Below, piece by piece: positions 61,810 through 64,000 of a DNA stretch of 64,000 bases. The position numbers and the translations under genes were made by a program. The notes beneath the pieces are model-generated. The model was not told the DNA's origin and ran no database searches. It saw only the letters and a list, made by a program, of their open reading frames with translations. The stretch spans positions 160,001 to 224,000 of the IMG/VR virus record IMGVR_UViG_3300049141_000098. One strand, 5' to 3'. This DNA comes from a virus (taxonomy: Duplodnaviria; Caudoviricetes). Each line of letters opens with the position of its first letter. Within the stretch, counting starts at the first letter, position 1.

Positions 61810-63056
61810 TCCTCTGCCTTTTCCTTCTCCTGCATCTTCTTCCACTTGCGGTAGCGATGAAGGGACATGTCGGGGAGATGGCCGCATTGCCGCAACGCTC
61901 GGGCCAGCCAGTTGTGATCCACCTCAAGATCCCTTGCGACCCCCTGAATCGGCTCCTCTTTATCGATAATTCGTTCAGTTAGTTCATCCAGACGATCCTC
62001 GATCTTTCTCCAACGGGGATCCGACATGTCCGGCTGTACTCGACCATGCGAGTCCACACGTCCGGCAGTGAGATGTTCTATGGCTCCACTCCTCTCGGCG
62101 AACCGCCCATGCCGCGTGTACGACCTGGAATGAGGAGCCTTCTCCCGAGCTGGACGGGAGGTCTCTCTGAATGACACGCCTTCTCTTTTGAGCAGTGCGC
62201 GCAATTTGTCCAAACTGATATAAACGTCGCGTGCACTCAAGAAATAGAGAATAAACCCAAAATCCCTTTCCTCGTCCCGGTACATGCGAACAATTACTCC
62301 AGTCAGTCTGTCCAGCTCTCGACTGACCCACTCGCTTCGAGTAGAAACGACATAGCCGCTCTGCTCCAACGCCTCCTTCAGTGCGTGAGTTCCGATTCCT
62401 GCGCGCCTGGCCAGGCGCGCAATGGATTCTCCCTTGCCTTCGGCGTGCCGCTTCGCGAGTGACCTCAATCGGTACTCGTTCAGCAGTGGCTCAGCCGAGG
62501 ATGATGAACGCTCATCGGCGCGACGCACGAATCGATAAGGGCGAGTCGGAGGCTCGACCAGCCGAAGACCGTTGAAGAGCTGTGCGTGATAGAGATCCCT
62601 CGCCGACCTGAAGGAGAAGCCTTGTGGTGCGGCCCTCGGGATGTCGCCTGAATTCGCATGTCGAATAACCTGATGCCGGTCCAAAACCTGCTCTACAGCG
62701 CCTACCGTCACCGAGATGCCAGCCCTTTTCAAATCGGCGACGATGCGATGAACCGACTCTCCACCTTCATAGCGCTCGATCACTTCGCCTTGAGGAAGTT
62801 GCACAGCGATCCTATTAAGGGGCGTATTCCGCTCTTCCGGATCTACGAGGAGACCTGCCCTCTTTAGGTGCTTCCTCAGAGTGACTCCTGTCGTGTCGAC
62901 TTCTTTGGCGAGACTCGCCAAACTCTCGCCGCTGGCGTGCCGAATGGCCATCCTTGCAAGATCGACAAGGACCGAGTTCGGTCCTAGGCGGACGTAGTGC
63001 GCGACGAGGTCGCCCTCCATGTCGATGCCGTCCATCTCCTTCGACCGCTCCCCCAT
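61806..63056 (-). CDS. Multi-helix-turn-helix DNA-binding protein
   Basis: At least four GES/EPI-x-x-LA...L..AG HTH repeats; ATG 63056 (63092 alternative). Confidence 0.75.
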   Translation of the reverse strand: MGERSKEMDGIDMEGDLVAHYVRLGPNSVLVDLARMAIRHASGESLASLAKEVDTTGVTLRKHLKRAGLLVDPEERNTPLNRIAVQLPQGEVIERYEGGESVHRIVADLKRAGISVTVGAVEQVLDRHQVIRHANSGDIPRAAPQGFSFRSARDLYHAQLFNGLRLVEPPTRPYRFVRRADERSSSSAEPLLNEYRLRSLAKRHAEGKGESIARLARRAGIGTHALKEALEQSGYVVSTRSEWVSRELDRLTGVIVRMYRDEERDFGFILYFLSARDVYISLDKLRALLKREGVSFRETSRPAREKAPHSRSYTRHGRFAERSGAIEHLTAGRVDSHGRVQPDMSDPRWRKIEDRLDELTERIIDKEEPIQGVARDLEVDHNWLARALRQCGHLPDMSLHRYRKWKKMQEKEKAEE

Positions 63057-63162
63057 GTTCACCCTCTTCCATGCGTCCCTTCCTGCTTCCATGGTATCAC
63101 TTCTCCTGTGCCACTGAGGTGCTAAGCTGTGGAGCAGAACATACCCGTAGCCGGAGGTCCGC

Positions 63163-63648
63163 ATGACCGTACTGAACATCCACCTCGAACCAGAGGTGCT
63201 TGCCCACCTCTCCAGCGCGGGTTCCACCGACGTCATCAACATCTCGATCTCCCTCGGTGCGAAGCCTGTCGAGCCCGAGCCGGTGAAGGCTAAGCTCAGC
63301 GGTCCCCTAGCGGACCTCATGGAAGCTGGCCTGCTCAAGGCTGACGAGAAGCTGGCGTTCTACCAGCGTCGCGCCAAGCGGACCGGTCGGGCCACAGTGA
63401 CGGCTGACGGGCAACTCATCGTTGAAGGGCAGGCCAAGGTCTTCTCGTCACCCTCCAAGGCGGCGGCGGCCGTCACAGGGAACGTCATCAACGGATGGAC
63501 GCTGTGGCGGACCCAGAACGGCGAGGGGTCGACCCTCGACGAGCTGCGTCAGAGGCTGAACGCTCAGCCGCCCGGCTGCTGCGGACATGATCCGGAGCGT
63601 CATGACGACGACGGCTCGTGTCAGAGCTGCAACTGCAACTGGAAGTAA
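63163..63648 (+). CDS. RAMA-domain protein (restriction enzyme adenine methylase associated)
   Basis: LADLMEAGLL...L..A.VT.DG.L..G..FSSPSKAAAAVTG..INGW.LW...TL.ELR. Confidence 0.8.
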   Translation: MTVLNIHLEPEVLAHLSSAGSTDVINISISLGAKPVEPEPVKAKLSGPLADLMEAGLLKADEKLAFYQRRAKRTGRATVTADGQLIVEGQAKVFSSPSKAAAAVTGNVINGWTLWRTQNGEGSTLDELRQRLNAQPPGCCGHDPERHDDDGSCQSCNCNWK

Positions 63649-63664
63649 CGGAAAGGGGAGAGAA

Positions 63665-63877
63665 GTGGCCGACAAGAAGGTTCCATCGTTGGGTGGCAAG
63701 AAGTTCTCCATCCGGCGCAACGGATACGAAGTTGAGATGGCCTGGGTGGACGAGGCGATCCGAAAGCAGAACGGTGACGCCCTGTTCGCGCCGGAGGATG
63801 CCGTCAGCCTCGGAGAGGCGCTGATCCTCATCGGCCGCGAGGTACAGCAGGAGCAGGAAGGGAAGGGTGATGACTGA
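63665..63877 (+). CDS. Hypothetical protein
   Basis: GTG 63665 after CGGAAAGGGGAG. Confidence 0.7.
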   Translation: MADKKVPSLGGKKFSIRRNGYEVEMAWVDEAIRKQNGDALFAPEDAVSLGEALILIGREVQQEQEGKGDD

Positions 63878-64000
63878 GCACCCGAACGAGACGGCCCGCA
63901 TGGCGAGGCGTGGACTCACCTCGCAGATGGATTACAACCGGGCGGCCGTGGCCCGCGAAGCTGAGCACATCGCGGAGTCCGCCAAGCAGATCGCCAGCAA
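63870..64000 (+). CDS. Hypothetical protein, partial (runs off right edge)
   Basis: ATG 63870 coupled; open to end. Confidence 0.55.
   Translation, partial: MTEHPNETARMARRGLTSQMDYNRAAVAREAEHIAESAKQIAS

Larger units (their letters stand above)
1..64000. mobile_element. Large actinophage/prophage accessory (early/host-takeover) region plus non-coding switch region
   Basis: Very dense small co-oriented ORFs with ATGA/GTGA overlaps, GAAAGG(A/G)G SD sites, high GC, no housekeeping genes; no structural genes in window. Confidence 0.8.

Noticed and set aside
1-64000. Assignment to a named phage or cluster
   Set aside because: Size and GC are compatible with large high-GC Streptomyces phages, but no marker gene is present and no database search was possible

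Overview
High-GC (roughly two-thirds G+C by eye) actinobacteriophage- or prophage-like DNA, probably from a large Streptomyces-type phage (inference; no capsid, terminase, integrase or polymerase gene is in the window). Three zones. (1) 1-50.7 kb: about 130 small, tightly coupled, leftward ORFs of early/host-takeover type, nearly all hypothetical. They include a DarG/TARG1-like macrodomain, two very acidic ArdA-like proteins, several tandem paralog pairs and a five-member paralog array. (2) 50.7-53.7 kb: about 3 kb with no credible ORF. It holds a densely structured leftward RNA leader with a tandemly duplicated 122/135-nt domain, GCAGGTCA iterons, alternating purine-pyrimidine tracts and a purine-skewed block, and may be the terminus/packaging/origin zone. 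(3) 53.7-64 kb: mixed-orientation genes, including an AlpA-like HTH fusion, a multi-HTH protein and a RAMA-domain protein. The most striking unexplained signals are non-coding. Twelve intergenic GRCCTAGGYC palindromes lie beside -10-like hexamers. Two families of intergenic hairpins have conserved bases and variable stems (A: GCACT-GGA..TCC-CGAAC, 6 copies; B: GGCGACACTCCCGG..CCCTAGGGCGCCTCCCGTCAG, 5 copies), and in four cases a pair brackets a single gene like a cassette. All motif positions were found by eye and counts are minimums. Many starts were moved from the ORF track to SD-supported codons.
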